Shown piece after piece: positions 1-7,975 of a stretch of 64,000 nt of DNA (the stretch's first letter is position 1; each line of letters starts with the position of its first letter). This stretch comes from Escherichia phage vB_EcoM_TH18. The DNA lies in the sequence record ON075799, one strand, 5' to 3'. The position numbers were made by a program, and so were the translations under genes. The notes under the pieces are model-generated. The model worked only from the letters and a program-made list of their open reading frames with translations, did not search any database and had not been told where the DNA came from.

Positions 1-575
1 GCAAGTTTTGCAAAAGGTGTAAATCTTGTTAATTTTGATTTATTGGTTGGTGTAGGATCTTTTTCTACTGTAAATCCTTCCGCTATTAGTTCACGAGAGC
101 TTGTTAAAAATTCACTTATTCCTGCTTGTCCTGGGTCAACACTGAAAATTATGGTAACATCATCACCATCAAAATAAGCCTGTTTCTTAATGATAACATC
201 ACGTTCCCCAGCTTTTTTACAGAATCTCCCCTGCGTTTGAGTTGAATATCTACCATCATCAAAAAATTCAGGACAATAATCACCAGACAAATAGTAAAAG
301 CCATCATTGTCTTTACTTACCTTAACAGATGCTGTAAAGTCAGGATATCTGTTTCCAGATGTTCTTTCTGTACCTGCTTTATCATACGGACGAACAGATA
401 CAACACCGAGAGGTAAGCAGGGAACCTCTTTTAAATAAGATCTCTGGAAATAGTTTGCCCCTTCAGGTCTTGCGTTCCAGTTTCCATGCAATAACTGGGC
501 TTTTTCTACCTCTGGAAGACCTTCAAGGAATGCTAGATAATCTGGGTTATTCTCCAGCATGGGAGGATTATCGAA
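1..575 (-). CDS. terminase large subunit-like protein, 3' exon (partial, continues beyond window start)
   Basis: Minus-strand frame open from ~575 to position 1, translating DNPPMLENNPDYLAFLEGLPEVEKAQLLHGNWN...VTIIFSVDPGQAG; follows the putative intron 3' end; in-frame stop just upstream marks exon start. Confidence 0.5.
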
Positions 576-1570
576 TCCTTGTATTCAAGGTTGGACGCAA
601 CGCCAACCCCCGCACCACTACGTGCTGCTGCATGTCACCATGCAGAGTAGACTATATCACCACCCACACATAATGGGTGCTTCGCTTTTCGAACGCCATT
701 AGCTTGCGATCTACTCCCTTGCGGGATAGTCGTTGAACTACATTACCATTCATAGTTGTTTGAGATATAGATGTAAGTTTTTCTATCTTTTATTCTTCTA
801 ACAAGATTAAAACTAACACCCCATTTTTTAGATATCTTATTAATGCTTAGGATACCGTCTCTCAGATCTTCACATATCCCTATAACTTTGGATTCACTAA
901 TTCTGTTGGAAGAAGGAACCATCCTGAAATTAAACTCTTTAGAAATGTCTGGGTAGACTCTCCCAGCTTTGATACTACTAACCACAGTCTGCCCAATACC
1001 AAACATCTCACTGATATCCTTTACTCTAGCACCCTGCTCAAGTAATCTGCATATCTCAAGGGCAGTGTTATCATCAAGAGGCCTGTAACTGTTTACATAA
1101 GACTTCTTAAGCCCTATTTCATGTGCGTGATGTGTGCTTTCCTTTGCAGTTGTCCACTCAAGATTCCACGCTGCGTTATTAAGTTTGTTTCCATCTAAAT
1201 GGTTCACTTGAGTTTTTGTATCAGGGCTATCATTCTCGACAAAAGCAAAAGCAATAACCCTATGGACAAGAACTTGAAACTTTTTACCATCCTCACACAA
1301 CGTTAACATTGCATAGCCAGTTTTCTTATGGACATTAGGATGTAAAAATTTGTGGGAATACAAACTATAAATTCTTCCATCATACGTCGCACAATAATGG
1401 GAATACCCTAAAAATCCTAAATTTTTCATCTCAAACATTCTCCCTACTACAGTTTCGGAAAAGTAATTATAGCTGCTGATTGCCCTTATACAAAGGGTTT
1501 CCCAGCAATTAACGAAGTTATTCGACATGCATTACTGCATGAAGCCACTATTCTTTTAATGGTTGCGGAA
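576..1570 (-). mobile_element. putative group I intron carrying an HNH homing endonuclease ORF (boundaries approximate)
   Basis: Separates two coding segments of one ATPase gene; R-like (revcomp of gatagtcgtt ~725) and S-like (revcomp of agactatatc ~650) elements in correct order at the 3' end. Confidence 0.5.
743..1528 (-). CDS. HNH homing endonuclease (intron-encoded)
   Basis: 261 aa ORF with HNH motif HRVIAFAFVEN...VNHLDGNKLNN; sits inside the intervening sequence; start codon uncertain. Confidence 0.7.
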   Translation of the reverse strand: MSNNFVNCWETLCIRAISSYNYFSETVVGRMFEMKNLGFLGYSHYCATYDGRIYSLYSHKFLHPNVHKKTGYAMLTLCEDGKKFQVLVHRVIAFAFVENDSPDTKTQVNHLDGNKLNNAAWNLEWTTAKESTHHAHEIGLKKSYVNSYRPLDDNTALEICRLLEQGARVKDISEMFGIGQTVVSSIKAGRVYPDISKEFNFRMVPSSNRISESKVIGICEDLRDGILSINKISKKWGVSFNLVRRIKDRKTYIYISNNYEW

Positions 1571-1902
1571 ATGAAGGAAAATGAAAGCGGTTTAGGCTTT
1601 CTTTTCTCATCCTTGCCATCCCAATACTTTTCAATTAATTCTTGCTCTGAGTCACCCCAGATAAATTCTCCGTCACGTCTTATAAACCATCTAATCACCC
1701 CATCTCGTTCAGGTATAGGATATCCCTCATCGTCTAAATACCAAGAAATCAACTCCTTAATCTTATGATCTGGATCAGGGTTACAAGAGATAACCATCCT
1801 GCTCGGATATTTAGAGTTTGAACGTAGACGAGATATCAGATAATCTATCTGTGACCATGTGAATTGTGTTCCCTCATCAAAGCCGATGAAGGTATACTGC
1901 AA
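1486..1902 (-). CDS. terminase large subunit-like protein, central exon (Walker B region); ORF ends likely run into introns
   Basis: Translation FIGFDEGTQF (hhhhDE Walker B-like) ...IWGDSEQELIEKYWDG; no plausible own start; flanked by intron-like sequence. Confidence 0.5.
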   Translation of the reverse strand: MQYTFIGFDEGTQFTWSQIDYLISRLRSNSKYPSRMVISCNPDPDHKIKELISWYLDDEGYPIPERDGVIRWFIRRDGEFIWGDSEQELIEKYWDGKDEKRKPKPLSFSFISATIKRIVASCSNACRITSLIAGKPFV

Positions 1903-1904
1903 CT

Positions 1905-2160
1905 TATTGTCCCCTCAGTTCGCTACACTGAGGCGGTGTGCCAAGACACCCGCCACATGTTTCCATGTGGAACAGACTATATCTTCCATCCTTGGCGTGC
2001 CGTTTGGATCACCAATCGCTTGTGATTCTACTCTCCTACACTCATCGGAGATAGTCGTTACACCCAGATTTTATATTTCCATATTCTGTGGCACGGTATT
2101 TTCCCATAGGGAGTTCCACCGTTATAGGCACGAAGGGCAAGCTATTCACCCTGATGATCT
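1905..2160 (-). mobile_element. putative small group I intron, no ORF (boundaries approximate)
   Basis: ~250 nt non-coding insert between exons; same R-like (gatagtcgtt ~2052) and S-like (agactatatc ~1975) motifs as the other three intervening sequences. Confidence 0.45.
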
Positions 2161-3512
2161 AATTTGTTATTCTCATACTCCATGTGTCTCCACAACACCT
2201 TTGCCCCAGATGGGAAAATTGCTTCCAGAGCTTTCTCCCTGAACTTCGGCTTCCATTCCTTATCGAGTTGCAAATAAATACTTTTTGCTGTATCAAAAAG
2301 CCCACCTGCACCTGTCAATTGAGGTGTTGTCCTACGAAACATTATACATGCTGTCTGCGGGTCATCGACATAAGCAAGCGGCATCAATTGTAGGAGATAT
2401 GATTTTCCACTATTCCCAGTGACAACCACACAATCTTCTAGTCTGGTAACAAAGAAACCTGTTTGTGTTACAAAGCAGTATTTAAACCCATCCGTAGGTA
2501 TAAACTCTTTAAACTCAGCTTTTCTGTCTTTATTAGCCAGTGACCTTAATCCTTTTCCTCTAGCCATAATATTAACAGTATAACTGTCCTTTCCACTTCT
2601 TGTATCATGGTTTATGGTGGTATTATAACCAAGAGAAGATCCTACAAACTGAACAAAATCAGCGTTCATCTTATGGACAGTAAAATATCTACCTGTAAAG
2701 CTGTTATGTGTTTTACCGCCATATGGCTTACAAAAAGAACCATCCCAATGAAAAATCTCATCAAGTATTATCTCCAGTTGTTCATTTGAACACTGATAGT
2801 ATTTCTCTGTAAATTTTTTATCAGGATATTTAGGCCATACAATAACCTCGTACTGTTCCCCAGTGGTATATCTTTCACTGGGTTTTGATCCTCTATCTTC
2901 ATATCTTAATCCAAACTTTTTACAAAGTTCGATTAAGCGGTCATATTTACGCTTTTTAGCAAAGCGCATCTGTGTATAATTATCTTTCCCTTCTTTAACA
3001 ACTCTCCCATCAGCCATGACAGCAACCTGAAGCCGTAATTCCCCTTCTGTCATGTCTATCCCAGGACCATCATAGTTAAATGTAGTTATGAACTTACCTG
3101 TCCAACCTTTTTTAACAGAGTTGTTATGTCTTTCTGCCACTTCAGAAAAAGAAAGTGTTCTTGGCTGTGATTTATAGTCTGGTTTATAAATCACAGTATG
3201 TTCGTCAGATAGCTCTTGACAAATGCCATTACCTTCTATTCTTGTAAGTTTTTCGCAAGGGAGTTTAACAAACTCTAAAGGGGGGATAAATTTAGCCTCC
3301 CCAGTGGCTTTGTCATATTGCAGAATGTCCTGCCCTGACCATTCTGATATCTTAATCCAGCCAGATGGTGTCAACACCTCGTGGTCTTTAGACAAACACC
3401 CGGCGGCCCCACCAATTATTAGAATTTGGGCTTTACTCTCCAAAATCATTTTTTGCTTAGGACTGGCAGGTCCAAATACTTTACTCAAAAGACCTCCATA
3501 TTTTCTATTCAT
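2142..3512 (-). CDS. terminase large subunit-like protein, 5' exon, with in-frame intein
   Basis: N-terminus ...ILIIGGAAG then intein then SGKSYLLQLM: extein junction reconstitutes a GGAAGSGKS P-loop (Walker A). Confidence 0.6.
   Translation of the reverse strand: MNRKYGGLLSKVFGPASPKQKMILESKAQILIIGGAAGCLSKDHEVLTPSGWIKISEWSGQDILQYDKATGEAKFIPPLEFVKLPCEKLTRIEGNGICQELSDEHTVIYKPDYKSQPRTLSFSEVAERHNNSVKKGWTGKFITTFNYDGPGIDMTEGELRLQVAVMADGRVVKEGKDNYTQMRFAKKRKYDRLIELCKKFGLRYEDRGSKPSERYTTGEQYEVIVWPKYPDKKFTEKYYQCSNEQLEIILDEIFHWDGSFCKPYGGKTHNSFTGRYFTVHKMNADFVQFVGSSLGYNTTINHDTRSGKDSYTVNIMARGKGLRSLANKDRKAEFKEFIPTDGFKYCFVTQTGFFVTRLEDCVVVTGNSGKSYLLQLMPLAYVDDPQTACIMFRRTTPQLTGAGGLFDTAKSIYLQLDKEWKPKFREKALEAIFPSGAKVLWRHMEYENNKLDHQGE
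2412..3398 (-). mobile_element. putative intein with LAGLIDADG-type endonuclease domain (residues ~39-367)
   Basis: Begins CLSKDHEVLTP (block A-like), contains LQVAVMADGR and LEIILDEIFHWDGSF, ends ...VVVTGN before Ser+1; interrupts the P-loop. Confidence 0.6.
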
Positions 3513-3583
3513 ACCATAGAGGGTAGTTTACCACGAATAACGATAAAAATAAAGCCCTTATCATTAAATAAGGGCATTGTCAA

Positions 3584-3877
3584 CTATTTATCTGAAGTAA
3601 ATATTGTCTTTACATACTGTTGTAGCGTTCTTAATTTCATACGATCTTCAGCAGCCTTAATGTTGTTTTTCTTGATCACCTCTATAGCATCCGCATTACT
3701 AAGACCACCTGGCAATTTTTCAGGTTCTTTCGGTGGTATCATAGCTTCAGCGGGTGGTCTTGCTAAGATATCGCTTATTATGATCTCTTTTGCAACAGGA
3801 ACAACTCTCTCAGGCGGTGAAGTGCACCCTGTTAACATCAATAATAGAAAAGGAACCATGATGACACACTTTTTCAT
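3584..3877 (-). CDS. o-spanin-like outer-membrane lipoprotein
   Basis: Signal peptide with lipobox LTGC, proline-rich mature part; overlaps the upstream i-spanin-like gene by 4 nt. Confidence 0.55.
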   Translation of the reverse strand: MKKCVIMVPFLLLMLTGCTSPPERVVPVAKEIIISDILARPPAEAMIPPKEPEKLPGGLSNADAIEVIKKNNIKAAEDRMKLRTLQQYVKTIFTSDK

Positions 3878-4275
3878 TTCACCCCCAGACTATCGTTATA
3901 AATATCAACAAACTGGTTATCTAGGCAAACCTGTTTTCCTGCTTGTGTTTTGCTATAACTTTTAACCTTTTTATCAAGGTCTTCTTTCAGTTGGTTATTA
4001 ATTTCTCTCTCTTTCACCAACATGGTTGACAACTCATCGATCTTATCCTGCTGTTGTTTTTTAAAAGCGTTGTTGTGATCTCTAACTTGCTGGTTAATCC
4101 TCTCCCATTTAAGGTCAGTATCGCTGACACCTGCGTTGTAGGATGATGTTAACTGGTCATTATACCAATGCTTTATCTCCACAACACCCCAAACGAGCAT
4201 CACACAACACAAAACGACACCTATCTGTTTTATGTTCTTAGAAAAGAAAGTTAACAGCGTTTTAAACCATATCAT
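3874..4275 (-). CDS. i-spanin-like protein (N-terminal TM helix plus coiled coil)
   Basis: 133 aa; hydrophobic N-terminus (IGVVLCCVMLVWGVV) followed by charged heptad-rich region. Confidence 0.55.
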   Translation of the reverse strand: MIWFKTLLTFFSKNIKQIGVVLCCVMLVWGVVEIKHWYNDQLTSSYNAGVSDTDLKWERINQQVRDHNNAFKKQQQDKIDELSTMLVKEREINNQLKEDLDKKVKSYSKTQAGKQVCLDNQFVDIYNDSLGVK

Positions 4276-5609
4276 GATATATCACCATCACACTCAATAA
4301 TATTTTCAATCTTCAACGTTGTTTTTCTGTTTTCAGAAATACACAGACTATTAAAATTGCTAATATCGTACTGGATCTTAGATGTATCGCTTACAGAAAC
4401 CTCTAACAGAACTGCTCCAGGCTGATATATTGTAAACCCATAACTATCTCCCTCCCCGTTCTCACACAGAATTTTGTACTCTCCTCTTGCCTCCGCTTCA
4501 TCAACATAAAGTCTGAGAGTTGGAAAATTATTTGCTATATCTTCTTTGTGAAGCCCAACATGATGTTTATCTTTTGTTGGCATCATGAGATAGAAAACTT
4601 CCGCAGGACAAACTCCATATAGTTTTGTAAAATATTTCCTACCTGTTGCTTTTCTTAATCTTTGGAAAATACTGAACATATTAACTTTAGATACATCATT
4701 AAACGGCAACGGTTGCACAGGGGTAACATTTTTGTCTACCTGCTGGCAACAAGATTCTAATCTGTCTAGGAACTCAACCAAAGAATCAAGTGAAAACTGT
4801 TTTGTCTCATCAAAGATATCTGACAGTTTCATTCCGTACATCCCGCTAAGATGTGACTTTGCCGATTCCCAACTTTCTATCTGAAGGCTGGCAATAGCCA
4901 TAGCCAGTTTCATTGTCTCTTTTTTCGAAATTGTATAGCCACGAGATTTGTATTTTTCAGATCTCAAAAGTGATATAATCGGGTATTCAGTCTTATGATT
5001 TACAACTAAGACTCTTTGAGCAATATGTTTTAAGAAATTGCTATCAAATTCCCACACACCATCCTTGAAGTTAAAAGCGCCCATGTTGATTGTAAAATCA
5101 ACTTTGCTAAAGATATCTTCTGTTGTTTTGAACACATCCACAGCAACACACTGTAATACAGGATCCTGCCCAAAGTACAGCGTTACGCTCTTATCTGTCA
5201 CACCAACTCTGGTAAGATTTGGGAGATCATCTTCTTCAAGATGAAAATTTTCACATCTGGACAAAGGGTCTGTGAAACATAAATGCGTATCCTGCCCATT
5301 ATCAAGGTTATAAAAATACCTAAAAGTTCTTTTTTGATTTTCCCATCCGTTTGTCTGTGCGGTTAAATCATACTTTCCACTTAAAAGATTTTTATCCATC
5401 ATGTACGCAATGAATATCTCAAGATTTTCCCAAGATGGGAAATACAAATCAAGATCGTTGACTTTACTATTAGAGAACAAAGAGGTTATTGCCCCGCCAG
5501 CTATCTTAACATCCAGCTTCGACAATAAATCATAAACACCTTTTGGTATAAAAGAGCACAAAATGTCGTACTCTCTTTGAAAATCTTCTTTTTTGAAAAC
5601 ATGCAACAT
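4272..5609 (-). CDS. Pol-beta-superfamily nucleotidyltransferase-fold protein, function unknown
   Basis: Start refined to MLHVFKK (ATG at 5609); motif IAGGAITSLFSNSKVNDLDLYF fits the hG[GS]-x9-13-DhD nucleotidyltransferase signature; long C-terminal domain unassigned. Confidence 0.55.
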   Translation of the reverse strand: MLHVFKKEDFQREYDILCSFIPKGVYDLLSKLDVKIAGGAITSLFSNSKVNDLDLYFPSWENLEIFIAYMMDKNLLSGKYDLTAQTNGWENQKRTFRYFYNLDNGQDTHLCFTDPLSRCENFHLEEDDLPNLTRVGVTDKSVTLYFGQDPVLQCVAVDVFKTTEDIFSKVDFTINMGAFNFKDGVWEFDSNFLKHIAQRVLVVNHKTEYPIISLLRSEKYKSRGYTISKKETMKLAMAIASLQIESWESAKSHLSGMYGMKLSDIFDETKQFSLDSLVEFLDRLESCCQQVDKNVTPVQPLPFNDVSKVNMFSIFQRLRKATGRKYFTKLYGVCPAEVFYLMMPTKDKHHVGLHKEDIANNFPTLRLYVDEAEARGEYKILCENGEGDSYGFTIYQPGAVLLEVSVSDTSKIQYDISNFNSLCISENRKTTLKIENIIECDGDIS

Positions 5610-5660
5610 CTTAGCTATCCTTAAGTACAAAACAAGATGCGTAGAGACTAGCACATAAAG

Positions 5661-5682
5661 AAAAACCCCGCAAGAGGCGGGG
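5661..5682 (-). terminator. rho-independent terminator downstream of the tRNA cluster
   Basis: Hairpin ccccgc-aagag-gcgggg with A-run on plus strand (U-run on minus-strand transcript). Confidence 0.55.
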
Positions 5683-5814
5683 TTAGGCATAGGAGAGGAG
5701 ATTGATTGGATTATTATTATAGTTATTTGAGAAAAGTGGCGAAGGAACCTTTACATGTCGAGAGTGTCTTACCGTTTACTCAGCCACGACCCTCCTTAGT
5801 GTCCACTTTAATTC

Positions 5815-5893
5815 TGGTTGCGAGTATTGGAATCGAACCTGCAATCTTCAGGGTATGAACCTAACATGGTAAATCCATTTCCACCAATCTGCA
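5815..5893 (-). tRNA. degenerate tRNA-like element (anticodon-loop CAU; weak acceptor and T stems)
   Basis: Canonical T-loop GGTTCGATTCC, D stem and anticodon arm TTAGG-TTCATAC-CCTGA present, but T stem and acceptor have several mismatches. Confidence 0.3.
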
Positions 5894-5899
5894 ATAATT

Positions 5900-5975
5900 T
5901 GGTGTGACGGACAGGATTCGAACCTGTGACCACCTAGTCTTCAGCAAGGCACTCTACCAACTGAGTTACCGTCAC
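5900..5975 (-). tRNA. tRNA-Phe (anticodon GAA)
   Basis: Manual cloverleaf: acceptor GTGACGG/CCGTCAC, D arm ACTC/GAGT, anticodon loop CTGAAGA, T loop TTCGAAT, encoded CCA. Confidence 0.8.
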
Positions 5976-5980
5976 ATAAT

Positions 5981-6057
5981 TGGTGGGCGATGAGGGACTC
6001 GAACCCCCAAAATTCAGGTTCTAAGCCTGACATGTATACCAATTCCATCAATCGCCC
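5981..6057 (-). tRNA. tRNA with anticodon UAG (Leu-reading) but short variable arm
   Basis: Acceptor GGGCGAT/ATCGCCC, anticodon arm TCAGG-CTTAGAA-CCTGA, T arm GGGGG-TTCGAGT-CCCTC, CCA encoded; D stem has one mismatch. Confidence 0.55.
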
Positions 6058-6071
6058 ATCTATATTAACAG

Positions 6072-6263
6072 TTATGGTTTTCCACGATACACAGAAATAG
6101 TTTTCCCATTAGCATTGATAACATAAGCGGTCTGATCCTCAGACAAAAACACTTTTTGATCAATGCCGGAAATAGCTATAGACTTTTGATGAGCACAATA
6201 CCCAACAATTTTCCCACAAAAAATTTGTTCATCATTTGGAGAGACGACTTTAACTGTTAACAT
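6072..6263 (-). CDS. small hypothetical protein (63 aa) inside the tRNA cluster
   Basis: Start refined to MLTVKVV with RBS agagga 6 nt upstream; the longer ORF-track start would overlap tRNA-Pro. Confidence 0.45.
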   Translation of the reverse strand: MLTVKVVSPNDEQIFCGKIVGYCAHQKSIAISGIDQKVFLSEDQTAYVINANGKTISVYRGKP

Positions 6264-6305
6264 GGTATCCTCTGTACATTTCTGCTTTGATATGTTTATG
6301 TTTGT

Positions 6306-6383
6306 TGGTCTGTCCGGTTGGATTTGAACCAACGACCTGGTCATCCCAAGTGACCCGCGCTACCCAAGCTGCGCTACGGACAG
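6306..6383 (-). tRNA. tRNA-Pro (anticodon UGG)
   Basis: Perfect cloverleaf: acceptor CTGTCCG/CGGACAG, D arm GCGC/GCGC, anticodon arm GGTCA-CTTGGGA-TGACC, T loop TTCAAAT, CCA encoded. Confidence 0.85.
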
Positions 6384-6467
6384 AGAAATGTAGATTTTAA
6401 TTGTCCCAGAATCTACTAACTGGTATCGCTGGCTAGGTGATATCTGTGACTTGATTAAGTCAAGAAT

Positions 6468-6559
6468 TGGCGGTTCCTGAAGGATTCGAACCTTCGGTGG
6501 GGAGATTCATTCCCAACGGCTTAACAGGCCGTCACCATCGACCACTCGGTCAAAGAACC
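6468..6559 (-). tRNA. type II (long variable arm) tRNA with anticodon GUU; identity uncertain
   Basis: 92 nt; acceptor GGTTCTT/AGGAACC (one G-U), anticodon arm ACGGC-CTGTTAA-GCCGT, ~20 nt variable arm, T arm GAAGG-TTCGAAT-CCTTC, CCA encoded. Confidence 0.55.
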
Positions 6560-6568
6560 TGAATATTT

Positions 6569-6645
6569 TGGTGGATCTGGTTGGGGTCGAACCAACAATC
6601 TCTCGATTAAAAGTCGAGTGACTTAAACCATTTGGCTACAAATCC
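6569..6645 (-). tRNA. tRNA-Lys (anticodon UUU), weak D arm
   Basis: Acceptor GGATTTG/CAGATCC, anticodon arm CTCGA-CTTTTAA-TCGAG, T arm GTTGG-TTCGACC-CCAAC, CCA encoded; D stem poorly paired. Confidence 0.55.
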
Positions 6646-6663
6646 GTTAAATTATCTTTAAAA

Positions 6664-6691
6664 TAGCTAATTACTCGCACATAATTAGCTA
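6664..6691 (-). terminator. hairpin plus U-run (terminator-like) within tRNA cluster
   Basis: Inverted repeat tagctaatt...aattagcta followed on the minus strand by TTTTAAAGA. Confidence 0.3.
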
Positions 6692-6878
6692 TACGCAACA
6701 ACTCTCCAAGGAGAGCACACTAATGATCGATTACGATTATATGACTAAATTTAGACCATCATAAGTGTTTGGCTTACGCCAGTAAAGAGCGGACTGCTCT
6801 GGGGTATCGGTAAGATGGTTGCAGCCATCTACCGAAAAATCACACCAAGCAACTAAACAAGCTACATTAAAGATAACT

Positions 6879-6967
6879 TGGAGGAGGCTGACAGAATCGA
6901 ACTGTCACCATATCTCTACAGCGGGACTGGGTTCAAACCAGCTTGTGCACCATGCACCCCAGCCTCC
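6879..6967 (-). tRNA. tRNA-Ser (anticodon UGA), type II
   Basis: 89 nt; acceptor GGAGGCT/AGCCTCC, anticodon arm GCTGG-TTTGAAC-CCAGT, long variable arm, T arm GACAG-TTCGATT-CTGTC, CCA encoded. Confidence 0.7.
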
Positions 6968-7038
6968 AAAGATAGCCTCTGCCGAGGATATACACCCAAC
7001 AAAGGAGGCGCTCAGGTCAGAAGAAATCTGAGCCTTAA

Positions 7039-7132
7039 TGGAGGAAGATGCCAGACTTGAACTGGCACACCCATTTCTGGGTTACTATCTCCTTAGCAGG
7101 GAGATCCCTTACCAAATTAGGGTTAATCTTCC
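7039..7132 (-). tRNA. tRNA-Ser (anticodon GCU), type II
   Basis: 94 nt; acceptor GGAAGAT/ATCTTCC, 3-bp D stem, anticodon arm TCTCC-CTGCTAA-GGAGA, T arm GCCAG-TTCAAGT-CTGGC, CCA encoded. Confidence 0.75.
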
Positions 7133-7153
7133 AATACCTTAGTAATTAAAAAC

Positions 7154-7243
7154 TGGTGGAGAAGGAGAGAATCGAACTCTCAAGCCGTTTTACCAGTCAG
7201 CACATTTCCAATGTGCTTTCGTCGCCAATCGATTTGCTTCTCC
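7154..7243 (-). tRNA. tRNA-Ser (anticodon GGA), type II
   Basis: 90 nt; acceptor GGAGAAG/CTTCTCC, anticodon arm GCACA-TTGGAAA-TGTGC, long variable arm, T arm GAGAG-TTCGATT-CTCTC, CCA encoded. Confidence 0.65.
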
Positions 7244-7252
7244 GTTTTAACT

Positions 7253-7328
7253 TGGCAGGGGATGGTTGATTCGAACAACCGATCACGGGGTCAAAGCCCG
7301 TTGCATTAGGCCACTATGCTAATCCCCT
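7253..7328 (-). tRNA. tRNA-Gln (anticodon UUG)
   Basis: Perfect cloverleaf: acceptor AGGGGAT/ATCCCCT, D arm GCAT/ATGC, anticodon arm ACGGG-CTTTGAC-CCCGT, T loop TTCGAAT, CCA encoded. Confidence 0.85.
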
Positions 7329-7333
7329 TTTGC

Positions 7334-7410
7334 ACGAGAGTGAGGAATAGAACCTCTTAGTCACTGGTTTTGGAGGCCAGCCTTCACCCAGTGAAGTTAC
7401 GCTACTCTCA
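7334..7410 (-). tRNA. non-canonical tRNA-like element
   Basis: Good acceptor (TGAGAGT/ACTCTCG) and T-loop-like GGTTCTATTCC, but D and anticodon regions do not fold into standard arms; no encoded CCA. Confidence 0.3.
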
Positions 7411-7417
7411 TTAAAAA

Positions 7418-7975
7418 CTATTTTCGAAAAGGACTTATGAAAAATGCCAACATCACTCTCTCTCTTGAAAAAGCTCTGTCTTCAGGAACCACACTCTTCA
7501 GTTTCCAACCGACATAAATTCGCCAGTAAAATTGTTTTCCAAACAATCTAAAAGACGGGACAAACGCGAATACACCCCACGCATTGTCATTCCACATCAA
7601 CAAATAGCCTTGTTGGTTATCCTCCACATCAGAGCTTACATGGAGGTTTCCTTTCCACTTTGTCACAGATGTGATTTCACGTCCAAGTACGTGATAGGAG
7701 AAATTGTAGGCTTTATTTCTCCACAACCAAGCAACTCGTTGTAGGTAAACACCAAAACTTCCTATTTTACGGACTTCTTCCCATCTCTCTATGTGTCCTC
7801 TATCACCGTCTATAGGATTATCATATGTCTCCATCCACCTGAAAATATAAGGCAGATGCCCTGTCTTCTCATTATAGAACGGAACAACAAAAGGAGCCAG
7901 AATAACACAGAGAACCGACATAACTGGGTCAAGAGGTGCTAACAGGATCCACGATAAATATTTTAAGTATCTCAT
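7418..7975 (-). CDS. hypothetical protein (185 aa, hydrophobic N-terminus)
   Basis: ORF from six-frame track; start overlaps stop of upstream gene (ATGA). Confidence 0.5.
   Translation of the reverse strand: MRYLKYLSWILLAPLDPVMSVLCVILAPFVVPFYNEKTGHLPYIFRWMETYDNPIDGDRGHIERWEEVRKIGSFGVYLQRVAWLWRNKAYNFSYHVLGREITSVTKWKGNLHVSSDVEDNQQGYLLMWNDNAWGVFAFVPSFRLFGKQFYWRIYVGWKLKSVVPEDRAFSRERVMLAFFISPFRK

Noticed and set aside
359-673. Plus-strand ORF 359..673 (104 aa)
   Set aside because: It runs antisense to the terminase 3' exon and into the intron core, with low-complexity translation and no RBS.
5700-5814. tRNA-like fold in the spacer upstream of the first tRNA-like element
   Set aside because: The 3' end resembles ...GCCA but no D, anticodon or T arms could be built.
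6819-7060. Plus-strand ORFs 6819..7031 and 6878..7060 (60-70 aa)
   Set aside because: They lie antisense across tRNA-Ser genes and inter-tRNA spacers, have no RBS, and their composition is dictated by the tRNA sequence.
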